Below the pieces are notes generated by a model, which had not been told where the DNA came from, searched no databases, and saw only the letters and a program-made list of their open reading frames with translations. A stretch of DNA of 64,000 nucleotides from Histomonas meleagridis 2922-C6/04-290x (taxonomy: Eukaryota; Protista; Parabasalia), in the NCBI GenBank assembly GCA_020184695.1, contig JAANOX010000030.1, positions 62,001-126,000 of the forward strand, read 5' to 3'. The position numbers and the translations under genes are program-made. Shown one piece after another: positions 33,706 through 44,740 of the stretch; position 1 is the stretch's first letter; every line of letters starts with the position of its first letter.

Positions 33706-34302
33706 ATGGAAACAGAAACTGAAAAATTAATCAACATAGTTTTATTTGGTAGTGGAGGCGTTGGCAAAATGTCAGCAGTATTAATGCAGTATAACGGAAC
33801 TTTTGTTGATGGATGTAGTCCATGTATCGAAGAAAGTTATCAGTTAAAAATTAAAATTAACAAAAAAGAAATAGTATTTGACGCCACTGTAACTGCAGGA
33901 CAAACTGAATATGCAGGATTGTGGGAAAGGCAAGCGAAAAATGGAGATGGTTTTATAATAATGTACTCATTAATTGATGTCAAAAGTTTTTATGGTGTAC
34001 AATGTTATTATGAACTCATTAAAGAGATAAAAGGTAACACATATGCACCAATTGTAATTTGTGGGAATAAATGTGATCTTCAAGAGGATCGATTAATAAG
34101 CAAAAGAGAAGGAGAAGAACTTGCACAAATACTTGGTGCGAAGTTCTTTGAAACTTCAGCAATAGATAATATAAATATTCGTGAAATGTTTGAAACTATT
34201 ATTAAAATGGTAATCAATAAGGATGAAATGCGCGACAACAGTGTAAAAAAAGAGAATAACATGAAATTGAAGCAAAATCAAGAAACATGTTTTATCGCTT
34301 GA
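33706..34302 (+). CDS. Atypical Ras/Rap-family small GTPase with CAAX
   Basis: GSGGVGK, TAGQ, GNKCDL, ETSA, C-terminal CFIA. First ATG at 33706. Confidence 0.9.
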   Translation: METETEKLINIVLFGSGGVGKMSAVLMQYNGTFVDGCSPCIEESYQLKIKINKKEIVFDATVTAGQTEYAGLWERQAKNGDGFIIMYSLIDVKSFYGVQCYYELIKEIKGNTYAPIVICGNKCDLQEDRLISKREGEELAQILGAKFFETSAIDNINIREMFETIIKMVINKDEMRDNSVKKENNMKLKQNQETCFIA

Positions 34303-35169
34303 TTCAATAAAATTTATGTTATAGAAACACAAGGAAATTTATTTTTGCTTAGAATGTAATAGTGATACATTTAATTTCCTTGCCAAAGGATTAACGAATG
34401 AATGTCATGTCTAATTGTGAATAATAAATAAATATTTTTATATTCCTTATGACAAATTTCACCCATATTTGTAATTTGTGTTATTTAGTTTCATAATATG
34501 AAATATTAAATTTATTTTTGACGGTCAGAGTCGGAACTACTATCATTTGCATTTTTAATCAAGTTAAACAATTATGTATATTACTCATAATCATGTCGTT
34601 AAATAAGGTCATATTTCATTTAACAAATGTTAAATCTGTTTTGATTCTGTTGAATGAATTTCTATATATTTCATTTCGCTCACCACTTTTCACATAAAGC
34701 ATTCATTTCAAACCATGTAAAACACACAATCTATTTTATTCAGAAGTCAGCATTGCTCCAACATTTTATGTCTAAATAGAACCAAAAATATTTGATATGG
34801 TTAAATACAATTATTCTAAGTAAATTGGGTTCATAAATATTAAGCTAGATTCGCTAAAATTTAATTTATTGGTAAATTATAGTTGCAACATTTTAATAAC
34901 AGATGTTTGTTTTTTCCGACCTTCCTGAGATTGAGTCGTTTTCAATTGCCATTTTTAAACTATTAAAGAAATCAACAAAAAATTGCTTCTAATTTTGATG
35001 AAGATTGCAATCAAGTCAAGTAACAAACAATACAATTTATAAGGAAAACATTATTATTGATTTGGACCTTCGTAACATCGATGATCATGTTTTTTTAATA
35101 ATTAAATATTAATTAAAAATGATTTCATATGGAAATTTTGTATACAAGACTTTCAAAGAATGATTTTTG

Positions 35170-35390
35170 AAATTCATAAGAAATTAATTGCTGAAGGTGT
35201 CAATCCAAATGAAATTGTATAAATAATTCAATGATGAAATAGAAAAACTTCAATACATTTCATCCCGAAAACATTTTGATTTTAATCAAAGAATTGAACC
35301 ATCACTTTATGAAAGATGTTCATTTATTATTTATTTATCAACAAATGGGATGTTTCATTAATTAATTATGCAGCACATTTTTCTTGGCCT
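35170..35390 (+). pseudogene. Degraded DUF3447 fragment
   Basis: HKKLIAEGVNPNEI..DEIEKLQ..FDFNQRIEPSLYERCSF..LINYAA with stops/frameshifts; homologous to exon 1 of loci A, B and C. Confidence 0.8.
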
Positions 35391-35440
35391 TCATTAATAA
35401 TAAATATTATCATATTCCTTAAAAATAAAAAAGATTGAAA

Positions 35441-36832
35441 TCATTTTTTAAGAAGATCCAGGTTTTTTAGAAATTTCCATCCTTTCTTCTTTGAATGACT
35501 TTGGAATTCGAATGGATTTTGTGGCATTGGAGGACAAATACCGAAATCTTTCTCTTTTAAAACTTTCATTTCTCCAAATTTTGAACTTTCGTATGAATTC
35601 ATTGTAACTACTTTTGTTACATTAGTTTTAGAAAAAGCATCACTAGCGATGTATGGTTCTTTTTCACCATAATAATAAATGCATTTGAGAGATATGCATC
35701 CATTGAATGCATTTGATTCTATTGTCCTTATTCCCTTTCCTAAAGTGACTATACTTAAATTTGTACAACATTGGAAAGCGCCATATTTAATTATATTCAC
35801 TGAATTTGGAATTGATATTTCATATAAATTTTTACATTTTTTAAAGGAAAAGAGCCCAATTTCAATAATTTTTTGGTTCATATTTACACCTTTTAGATTT
35901 ATACATTCAAAAAATGCATAAGCACAAATCAACTCAATAGTTGATGGAAAATTATATTGTTCAATTTCTTTTCCTGCAGGAAAATGTATTATTTTGTAAA
36001 TATCTTTATCATATAAAATTCCATCATTTTTGTAATTTGAGTAATTTAAATTTTTTACACTAACTTGAATAAATGTTAATGATTTACATCCAAGAAATGC
36101 GGCATTATCGATTTTTTCTAGTGAGTCACCGATTATTATCTTTTTTAGACTTTCACAATTTCCAAATGAATGACTTCCAATTTTTGTAATTGAATTTGAG
36201 AGTTCAACTTCTATCAAAGCTGTACAACCAGAAAAAACAAAATCGTCAATTAAATTTACATTATTTCCAATTGAAATCTTATTTAATTTGATGCAATCTG
36301 TAAATGCTGCATTTTTTATTTGGATTACAGAATTTGGAATTATTATTTCTTCAATTGATCTGCAATTATAAAAAGAAGCTTTATCAATTATTTCTATTTT
36401 ATCGCCAAGATCAACATATCTTAGGGATGAACATGAACGAAATATACCTTTTCCGATACTTATTGTTGAAAAAGGTATGACAAAAGAAGTCAAAGCTATG
36501 CAGTCTGTAAATGTATTATCTCCAATTGTTTTAATATTTCTTCCTAAATGTATAGTTTCCAAACTAAAGCAACCTAAAAATGCATTATCTTCTATTGTTA
36601 TTGTGTGATCCCAAATTGTAATATTATTTAAAGAATCCCAAAATCTGAAAGCATTTTTTCCAACTGTGTACACACCTTCCCATATGATAAGCTTATGAAC
36701 ACTATGATTTACTACCAAATCATCCTGTCTAATAATTGGTACATTTGAAATAATCATTGTATCATCTATATGTTGTTTCAAAGCTTGAGTATAATGCATC
36801 ATTGTAAATAAGAAAAATATGTTTACACTCAT
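35441..36832 (-). CDS. BspA-like leucine-rich repeat (LRR_5/TpLRR) surface protein
   Basis: Many xxIGxxAFxxCxxLxxIxIPxSV repeats, DGILYDK..IIHFP insert, CIYYYGEKEP cap. Hydrophobic N-terminus; no C-terminal TM. Confidence 0.9.
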   Translation of the reverse strand: MSVNIFFLFTMMHYTQALKQHIDDTMIISNVPIIRQDDLVVNHSVHKLIIWEGVYTVGKNAFRFWDSLNNITIWDHTITIEDNAFLGCFSLETIHLGRNIKTIGDNTFTDCIALTSFVIPFSTISIGKGIFRSCSSLRYVDLGDKIEIIDKASFYNCRSIEEIIIPNSVIQIKNAAFTDCIKLNKISIGNNVNLIDDFVFSGCTALIEVELSNSITKIGSHSFGNCESLKKIIIGDSLEKIDNAAFLGCKSLTFIQVSVKNLNYSNYKNDGILYDKDIYKIIHFPAGKEIEQYNFPSTIELICAYAFFECINLKGVNMNQKIIEIGLFSFKKCKNLYEISIPNSVNIIKYGAFQCCTNLSIVTLGKGIRTIESNAFNGCISLKCIYYYGEKEPYIASDAFSKTNVTKVVTMNSYESSKFGEMKVLKEKDFGICPPMPQNPFEFQSHSKKKGWKFLKNLDLLKK

Positions 36833-37391
36833 TGTGATTTAAAATAATGAAGTAAAAGAAACAAAACATGTATTAAGAAAAGTTTATACAAAAAAACAAT
36901 AAAAATATAAATTTATTTTATTGTTTTTAATAAATTCTCAAATGTTTAGTGCAAAACATTTTGAAAAGTGAAAAAAATTTATTATATTGTAATTATTTTT
37001 TCTATGTTCATCTACATTTATTGTTAAAATGATTATTATATAAATTATCAATATAAAAAAGGAGAAAATAAAACATACGTACTTGGGATATCCATGTTAG
37101 AAGATTTGAAAATTTGCAACATTAGTTATTATAACGCATGGTATGAAACATTGGGTGCAACAAAAAAACTCAATAATCTTAAAATTATAAAATCAAATAA
37201 TGAATTTAACTGAATGTTTTCTAAATTTTGGAAAGGGAGTGACTAGCCAGTTATATATAATCGATTATATAAGATCTCTTACTTGTGGGTATCTTGTATT
37301 GGTGATTTTGATATTCTGGAAATAAAAGCTTTAATCTGATTATCAGATTTTTAGTTAAAAGAGGCAATTAAAGCAATAGATTTTGATATAC

Positions 37392-37396
<5 letters not shown>

Positions 37397-37424
<28 letters not shown>
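37397..37424. repeat. (TA)14 microsatellite
   Basis: Direct read of the sequence. Confidence 0.9.
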
Positions 37425-37427
<3 letters not shown>

Positions 37428-37437
37428 CTGGAGTTTA

Positions 37438-38430
37438 TTGAAAAAATTCCATTATCAAATATTACATAACAAAAAGAGTATAAATGAAAAAACACTCATT
37501 TTCTGTTCGATATTTTCTGTTTCTTGTTCTTCACTTAAATGTTTCTTATGTTTGATTCTAACTAAAAGAACAACAAGTAATGCTATAAGAATAATTGCAA
37601 CGACTGCAGAACAAACAGAAATGATAATTACATTTTGATTTTCATTTGTTTGAAATTCATTTAAATATAAAATTGTAAAGAAATACGAATAAAAACTATA
37701 ATAAGTTGAATACCATATGATTGTGTAATTATAATAAATGAATCCTGTTTCAATATATGTATGTGATGAATTAATATATGAAAATGTATTTGAATTTATT
37801 TGTGAATAATAAATGATGATTTTTGTGTGATAGAATATAAATATGTTAAAGTGCTTATAAAAGTTAATGAAGAATTAATTAAAAATGATTTTGTAAATGA
37901 ATTCGAATTAGAAAATGTTTTTGAGTTAGAAAATGTATTCGAAATATTCGTAATATTTTCATTTATTATAATATTTTCTAAATAAAAAATACTTGAAAAT
38001 GAATATTCAGAAATATTTAATATAGAATTTGGAAGTAAAAATGAATCATTTTCTTTACCTGGTGGATAAATGATAACAATTGATATGTTTTTATCATAAA
38101 CAATAAGATCTTCTTGATAATTAGAATATTGTGAATTATTTTCTTTGATTTGAATATTTCGAAGTTTATAACAATTTTCAAATATATTAATATTAATTCC
38201 AATTGAAATAACTGAATTTGGAAGAAAAAATTATTTAATGAAGAACAATATGAAAATGATGAATTCCCAAAATCATTTAAATTTTCATTTAAATAAATTG
38301 TTTCTAATGAAGAACAATAAGAAAATACTAAAATTCCTATCGTTTCAACTGAGTTACTGAGATTGATTGATATAATTCTTGTCCATTGATAAAATACATT
38401 TTGTGGTATTTCTTTTATTCCTTCTCAAAT
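37438..38430 (-). pseudogene. BspA-like surface protein pseudogene (LRRs, S/T/F-rich stalk, TM helix, tail)
   Basis: ATG-less open frame about 38390-37810 (NSVETIGILVFSYCSSLETIYLNENL...IVYDKNISIVIIYPPGK...SNTFSNSKTFSNSNSFTKSF), frameshift, then VIIISVCSAVVAIILIALLVVLLVRIKHKK. Confidence 0.75.
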
Positions 38431-39302
38431 GATAATATGTTATGCAATATCTTGATATGTTTGATCATTAAAATTCACTATCATTTGTTATCGTAAGTGT
38501 TTTCGTGGTTTTACTTGGCAGTGTCATGCGTTCTAGTGAAGCTGACCAAAACAGCATATAACTGACTTAAAAGTATCTGAAAAGTAGTTTTTCGCTTTGG
38601 CCTATGGCTTAACTGCATGCTTGGTGTTTTCGAAGCAGAAAATATTTTTATCAAATCAGTTTTCATTCGTATGACCCAATCTGAACACATGATTTCAACA
38701 TGAAATTTTTTACTAATAAAAACTTATAAAAATTAAAAAAAAAATCACCCTAGAGGGCTTACATGTGCAAAAAGTTGAAATTACCACTCATTGCATACAC
38801 ACAGATCTTTGTGTTTGAGTATCAGAGAATTTTTAAACACTGAATACATAATCTTTTAGTTTTGAATTTTTCTTCACACATTGGTTCAATTCCTTCTCGA
38901 ACAAAAGCTTGGTGATCTATCGTAATTATAGAAAAACTTGCATCGGAAACACAACAACACCAGTGAAACCACTGTTTATTCGTAATCATGATTTTTTTGG
39001 TATACCAAAAATTGAATCAAAAGTGAAGAATTCCTCCTGTGATAAAAATAAACGGTTTTCTTTACTATCGTTACAGGGTACCCTCAACTGTTACTTATTT
39101 TGAAAATGTTTCAAGCTTAAAAAAATTGAATGGTGTAACCATTCAAATTTTTACTAAAGATTTTTGGGTTTGCTTGCTTCTAAAATAACATTGTCATACG
39201 TTTTTTTATGTATGAAATTGAAAAAAATCAATAAAATTAAAACATGGATTTCATGAGGAAAATTCCATGAAATCTTGAAGTAATTCAACAATTTCATGAT
39301 GT

Positions 39303-42300
39303 CTATTTAAAAGTGCAAAGTCCCATGCAGTAAGAAATTAAGAAAACAAGCTCCGTGAGTAAGTTTAGAATATAAAAGTTTTTAGCATTTATATCAATTC
39401 TTTTATGTTCAATAAGTAATTTAACGATGTCTATATAGCCTTTTTGAGACGCAATCATAAGTGCTGTTTCGAATAACTAAAATAAATATCAAACTTTTAA
39501 TATATACATAAAATTAATAAAAAAAATTTCAAATCAAATATAAAAACATTTTTAGCATTAATATCAATACCTTTTTGACCAAGAAGTAAATTAACTATTT
39601 CATAGTTATTATTTTGTGCTGCAATCATAAGTGCTGTTTCGAATAAAATAAACAAATTTCAATTTATTTATATAAATAAAAAATTATTAAATGATACATG
39701 AATTTAGAAAAATTAATATTCTTTTCATTGATTTCAATTCCATTTTGTTCAAGAAGTATTTTAACTAAGTTAATACAACATTTTCTCGATGCATGCATAA
39801 GCGCTGTTTCAAATTATTTCAATAATTTCCAAATATAAATTTGAAACATTTTATGATTTTAGAAAACATAAAAAAAGATTTATAAATATCTTTAGCATTA
39901 ACATTAATTTCGTTATGTTTAAGAAGTACTTTAACAACATTAATGCAATTATTAAAAGATGCTGCTATAAGTGGTGTCCAACATAATTTAAATTTATTCC
40001 AAATATTAAATTTAAATAAAAAATAATGGAAATTAACATTAAGTAAAACAAATATATTTCTTTTGTATTAATATCAGTTTCTTTTTGTTCAAGAAGTAAT
40101 TCAGTTATTTGTGGATGATTATAAAATGCCGTATACATAAGTGCTGTATTGCATGATTAATATAAATACCAAAATATAAAAATATATATCAATTAATTTT
40201 AATTAACATAAAAATAAACAAAAAAAGATTTTTCAAATTGATATCAATATCTTTTTGTTCCAGTAGTAATTTAACAACTTCATAATGACCACTTGAAGTT
40301 GCTCTCATTAATGGTGTCCAATATAATAAAGCTAAACATCAAATTATTTCAATAAATCCAAAACTATCAGAATTAATATTAAATATAACAAATAAATATC
40401 TTTTAAATTAATATCAATTCCTTCTTGTTCAAGAAGTACTTTGACTACTTCATAGAGTCCTCTTTGAGAAGCATAAATAAGTGCTGTTTTAAATATTTGA
40501 AATGATTTCCAAATTAATCAATCAAAAATAAAGAAATTTAAAGAAAAATCTTATAAAACAAATGAATATCTTTATCATTAATATCTATTCGTTGTTCAAG
40601 AAGTATCTTAAGAATTTCAATATGTCCTTTATGAGATGCATACATAAGTGCTGTTTTAAATATTTAAAATATTTTCCATATTATTAAAACATATTTGATA
40701 TTAAATAAAAAAATATTAAATAAAACAAACAAATATTTTTTATATTGATATCAATTTTTTCTTGTTTAAGAAGTAATTTAAAGATTTCAATATAACCTTT
40801 TAAAGTTGCATATAAAAATGCAGTCAAATTCATTATATATAAACTCCAAATATGAATTTTAAATAGCAAATTATTAAAATCAATATTAAATTCAACTATT
40901 AAATATCTTTTATATTAATATTAATTCCATCTTGTTCAATAAGGATTTGAACAATTTGTATATTACCATCTTGAGATGCATAAATAAGTGCAGAATAAAA
41001 AAAATTGATAAAACTCCAAATAAATATTTTAGACATTAAATCAAAAAAATTAATTTGAAATCTAAAAAATTAATATCTTTAATATTTAGATCAATTCCTT
41101 TCTGTTGAACAAGAAATTGAATCATTTCAATATTATGCTTTTGTGTTGCTATCAAAAGTGCTGTTTGGAATGTATTAAATAAAATCTAAACCAAAAAATG
41201 AAACATGTATTAAATGAAACATACATTATTTATTGCATTGATATCAATATCTTTTTGTTCAATTAGTATTTTCATGATATCCAAATTTCCACTTTGTGCA
41301 GCAGCAATAAATGCAGTATTAAATAACAGATTTTAATACCAAACGATTAATTAAAATATAAAATACATAAAATAAACAGCATAAAACACATGAAAAATAT
41401 CTTTAGCATTTATATCAATTCCTTCTTGTTTAACAATTAAGTTTACAATATCAATAAAACCATTAGCAGCAGCCCAGACAAGTATTATACGAAATTAACC
41501 AAATAAATTCCAAATACAAACCTGAAACCCAAAGTTTATGATACAAATTTTATATAAACTTAATGAATATTCGCTTGATTTAAATTAATTCCTTTATGTG
41601 GTATAAGTAATTTAATAAGTTCAATGTTTTCAGATATTTTTGCAGATATCAAAATATCGAATGGGATTAGATATATTTCTAGTAAATATTGAATCAAAAA
41701 TGTATTTCCTGTTTTTGCTATTTTATGAATGATTTTATTATTTATTATCATTCCTTCATTCTCTAAATAAAAGAAAATCTCAAAGTTATTATGAAGAATA
41801 CATTTAATTCCTAATAATTCAAAGTCTAGAATTTTAATGATTTGGTTTTCATAAAAATAATGAAAAATATCATTTCGATGAAATTCAATTGCTGTTTCGT
41901 AAGTTTCATCAAAAAATGAATGGTTTTGTTCACATAAATGAATGATTTCTAAGTTTCCTCCTGCAATTGCATATTTTAATGTCTTCTTAATACTTGCTTC
42001 ATTTAATAATAAGTATTTAAAGCATTGGATTGATCCGAAAAATGCTGCATAATCAACTAATGAAACATTTTCTTTATTAATAAATGAATATGTTTCATAA
42101 AGTGATGGTTCAATCTTTTGATTAAAATCAAAATTCGTTTGTGATGATATTTCTTGAAGTCGTTTAAAATCATCATATCGAAGAATTTTTGCAAGTTTTA
42201 ATGGATTAATTCCTTTTGTTATATATTTCTTATGAAGAGACCAATCACCTTTCGAAAGTCGTGATATATTAGAAATAAATTTATCATAATATGGTGGTTT

Positions 42301-42741
42301 CAGATACAAATTCCTGATTTTAATAATTCCTTGTAGATGTGCAAACCATAAAGTTCTTTTATTATTAATAAAATCTTGCTTTATGAAATCTCGTTTAATT
42401 AAATTTTCAAGTAAGTAATTTGACTCATTTGTTTCTAATCTTAATAAATAAATACTAAACATTTGAATTATATTTGAATTATTTAATTGATTTTCTTTCT
42501 CTTTTTCCTTTTTTTCGATGTTTTGTAAATAATCTATATAAATATTTGCTTCTCGCCTTTGAGATGAAAAAGCAGAATATATTGATTGTATAATAGTTAG
42601 ATTTAAAGAGTATAAAAAGCTATTATTTTCATATAGCTCCATTGTTGCTTGAGTTGAACCTTCAATATTTTTTTCGTTTAAGTTAAAAATAATGTTCCTT
42701 AATGATATTAAAAGTTTTTTGGTAGCCTCCATCATATTCAA
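39303..42741 (-). CDS. DUF3447/ankyrin-repeat protein, locus B, interrupted gene model (first exon plus 13 repeat exons)
   Basis: ORF 41560-42741, then 13 stop-free repeat exons starting at 41488, 41317, 41164, 40994, 40824, 40654, 40487, 40317, 40147, 39977, 39807, 39637 and 39467. Final stop TAG at 39305-39303. Confidence 0.75.
39378..41568 (-). repeat. About 170-bp tandem array: ankyrin exon plus intron-like interruption (13 interruptions, locus B)
   Basis: Gap lengths in transcription order: 80, 81, 63, then ten of 80 nt. Confidence 0.92.
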
Positions 42742-43149
42742 GGAAATGAAAATTTTGTTGATTTTGAATATAAAGACGATTATAAAATGAGTCTTGGAAA
42801 AAGCAAATTCAAAAGGTTTGTCGGAATTTCACCTTAAATTGATATTTGGTTGGGGGTTAGAACAATGATCACAAAAAACTCGATACTTGGCCGAGAGGTT
42901 TAGCGGTTATCATAAAGAAAAGTGTTGTTTGCTCGCCTGAATTCCATTTACAAAGAATTTATCCAAAGTAAATATCACAAATTTGGCGGTTTTGCTTACA
43001 ACCCAATGCTGGAGAAAAGAAAAATAAAATATCAAGCTTTCATCGATCTTGAATGAATTATATTTGGCTTAAATCTAAAACCCTTGAGTCTTCTATTGAA
43101 TTAACATTACAACTTTTATCTTCTACTTGTTTCCCAATAACAATTAATT

Positions 43150-43972
43150 ACATATTTAATATATTTGTTTTATTTAATATTTAATTTTATTGTTTTGGAT
43201 TTCAAAATAATATTTGGAAATTATTTATATGATTTTATACAGCACTTATGCATGCATCTGAAAATGGTCATATAGATACTGTTAAATTACTTCTTGAACA
43301 AGAAGGAATTGATATTAATGCTAAAAATATTTATTTGTTTTATTTAATATTTATTTTAATAATTTTATATTTCAAAATAATATTTGGAAATTATTTAAAT
43401 TATTTAGAACAGCACTTATTGAGGCATCTATAGCTAATCATATGGAAATCGTTAAAACACTTCTTGAACAAAAAGGAATTGATATTAATACTATAGATAT
43501 TTATTTGTTTTATTTAATATTTATTTTAATAATTTGATATTTCAAAATAATATTTGAAAATTATTCAAATTATTTTATACAGCACTTATGTTGACAGCTA
43601 GAGGTCAAATGGAATTAGTTCAATTGCTCCTTGAACAAGAAGGAATTGATATTAATGCTAAAAATATTAAATTATTTTATTTAATATTTAATATCAAAAT
43701 TTGAAATTTCAAAATAATATTTGGAAATTATTCAAATTATTCGAAACAGCACTTGTTAAAGCATTTTCAAAAGGTAACACTCAAATAGTTAAATTTCTCC
43801 TAGAACAAGATGAAATCAATGTAAATACTGGAGGCGCATCAAACAATTTTTTCTTGTTATATTAATTTTTTTTCGTAGAGCCCTCAAGATAGCAAATAAA
43901 AAAGGATACACCGAAATCGTTCAATTACTTCAGTCCCACACCCTACAAAAAAAACAATGTTTTAATTTCTAG
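43150..43972 (+). pseudogene. Ankyrin-repeat locus D, interrupted, lacking the DUF3447 first exon (5'-truncated or orphan array)
   Basis: Exons 43239-43328, 43409-43498, 43579-43665, 43746-about 43855 and about 43877-43972 (RALKIANKKGYTEIVQLLQSH...*). Three 80-nt gaps, one leading gap with no in-frame upstream exon, one short atypical gap. Confidence 0.7.
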
Positions 43973-44228
43973 AAAAACTCATTTATCTCCAAAAAAAACT
44001 ATATGCAATTTTACTAATTTAAAAAAAAAGCATTGGAGTTAAAACATTTTCTTACATAAGTAAAAAATTGTGTAATTATTTACTGTATCTTTAACTAAAT
44101 TATGGGATCAATTGATAATATCGATATTGGAATTTTTAATGAATTAATATTGAACATCACAATGAGCATAAATAAGAAACAACAATACTTGCTTTAAAAA
44201 AGAATTTGCTAAGAAATCAATCGAAAGT

Positions 44229-44639
44229 TTACTTTGCACGACCAAGTTTTTGAAGGGCCTTTTCACGATTTTGACGCTTCTTTTCGATGAGATTCTTGCG
44301 GTATTTGTCCATCTTGATCTTTGTGATAACGACATTTGATGGATGAATTGGAATGAAGACTGTTTCGTTGCTGATCTTTTGTTTGGTAACTGATTCAACA
44401 TTGATACGCATTGTTGAAAGTTTTACTGCAACAACACGACCTGTACGCTTCTTCATCTGACCACGAACAACTTCAACTTCATCATCACGGCGGATTGGAA
44501 GACGCTTAATTCCATATTGTTTTTGTAAATCCTTGCTAAGAGGAGCACTCATTGCAATATGCTTTTCCTCCTTTGTTGCATTGAAGAAAGCCTTGCGTAC
44601 TTTACGAGCTTGAGAGGAAACAAATGGATTTGTCTTCAT
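44229..44639 (-). CDS. RPL26: 60S ribosomal protein L26 (uL24)
   Basis: MKTNPFVSSQARKVRKAFFNA...MSAPLSKDLQKQYGIKRLPIRRDDEVEVVRG...IHPSNVVITK. Confidence 0.97.
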   Translation of the reverse strand: MKTNPFVSSQARKVRKAFFNATKEEKHIAMSAPLSKDLQKQYGIKRLPIRRDDEVEVVRGQMKKRTGRVVAVKLSTMRINVESVTKQKISNETVFIPIHPSNVVITKIKMDKYRKNLIEKKRQNREKALQKLGRAK

Positions 44640-44643
44640 GTTA

Positions 44644-44648
44644 AAAGG
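44644..44648 (-). promoter_or_regulatory. M5 (CCTTT) core promoter motif of RPL26
   Basis: GCCTTTTAAC-ATG on the minus strand. M5 is known upstream of T. vaginalis ribosomal protein genes. Confidence 0.65.
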
Positions 44649-44740
44649 CAACCATGGCTGTCAAAACCTCCATTTCACATCACTGACATTCAAGAGACAT
44701 GTTATTTGAAATGAATTTAGCTTAAATCCCAAAAATAATC

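Noticed and set aside
39247-39274. 9-bp inverted repeat GATTTCATG/CATGAAATC just 3' of locus B
   Set aside because: Short, AT-rich and single; no function can be supported.
39378-41568. Regular 170-bp periodic arrays as CRISPR or satellite DNA
   Set aside because: One half of each unit translates into well-conserved ankyrin repeats with amino-acid-level variation; eukaryotic context, no cas genes.
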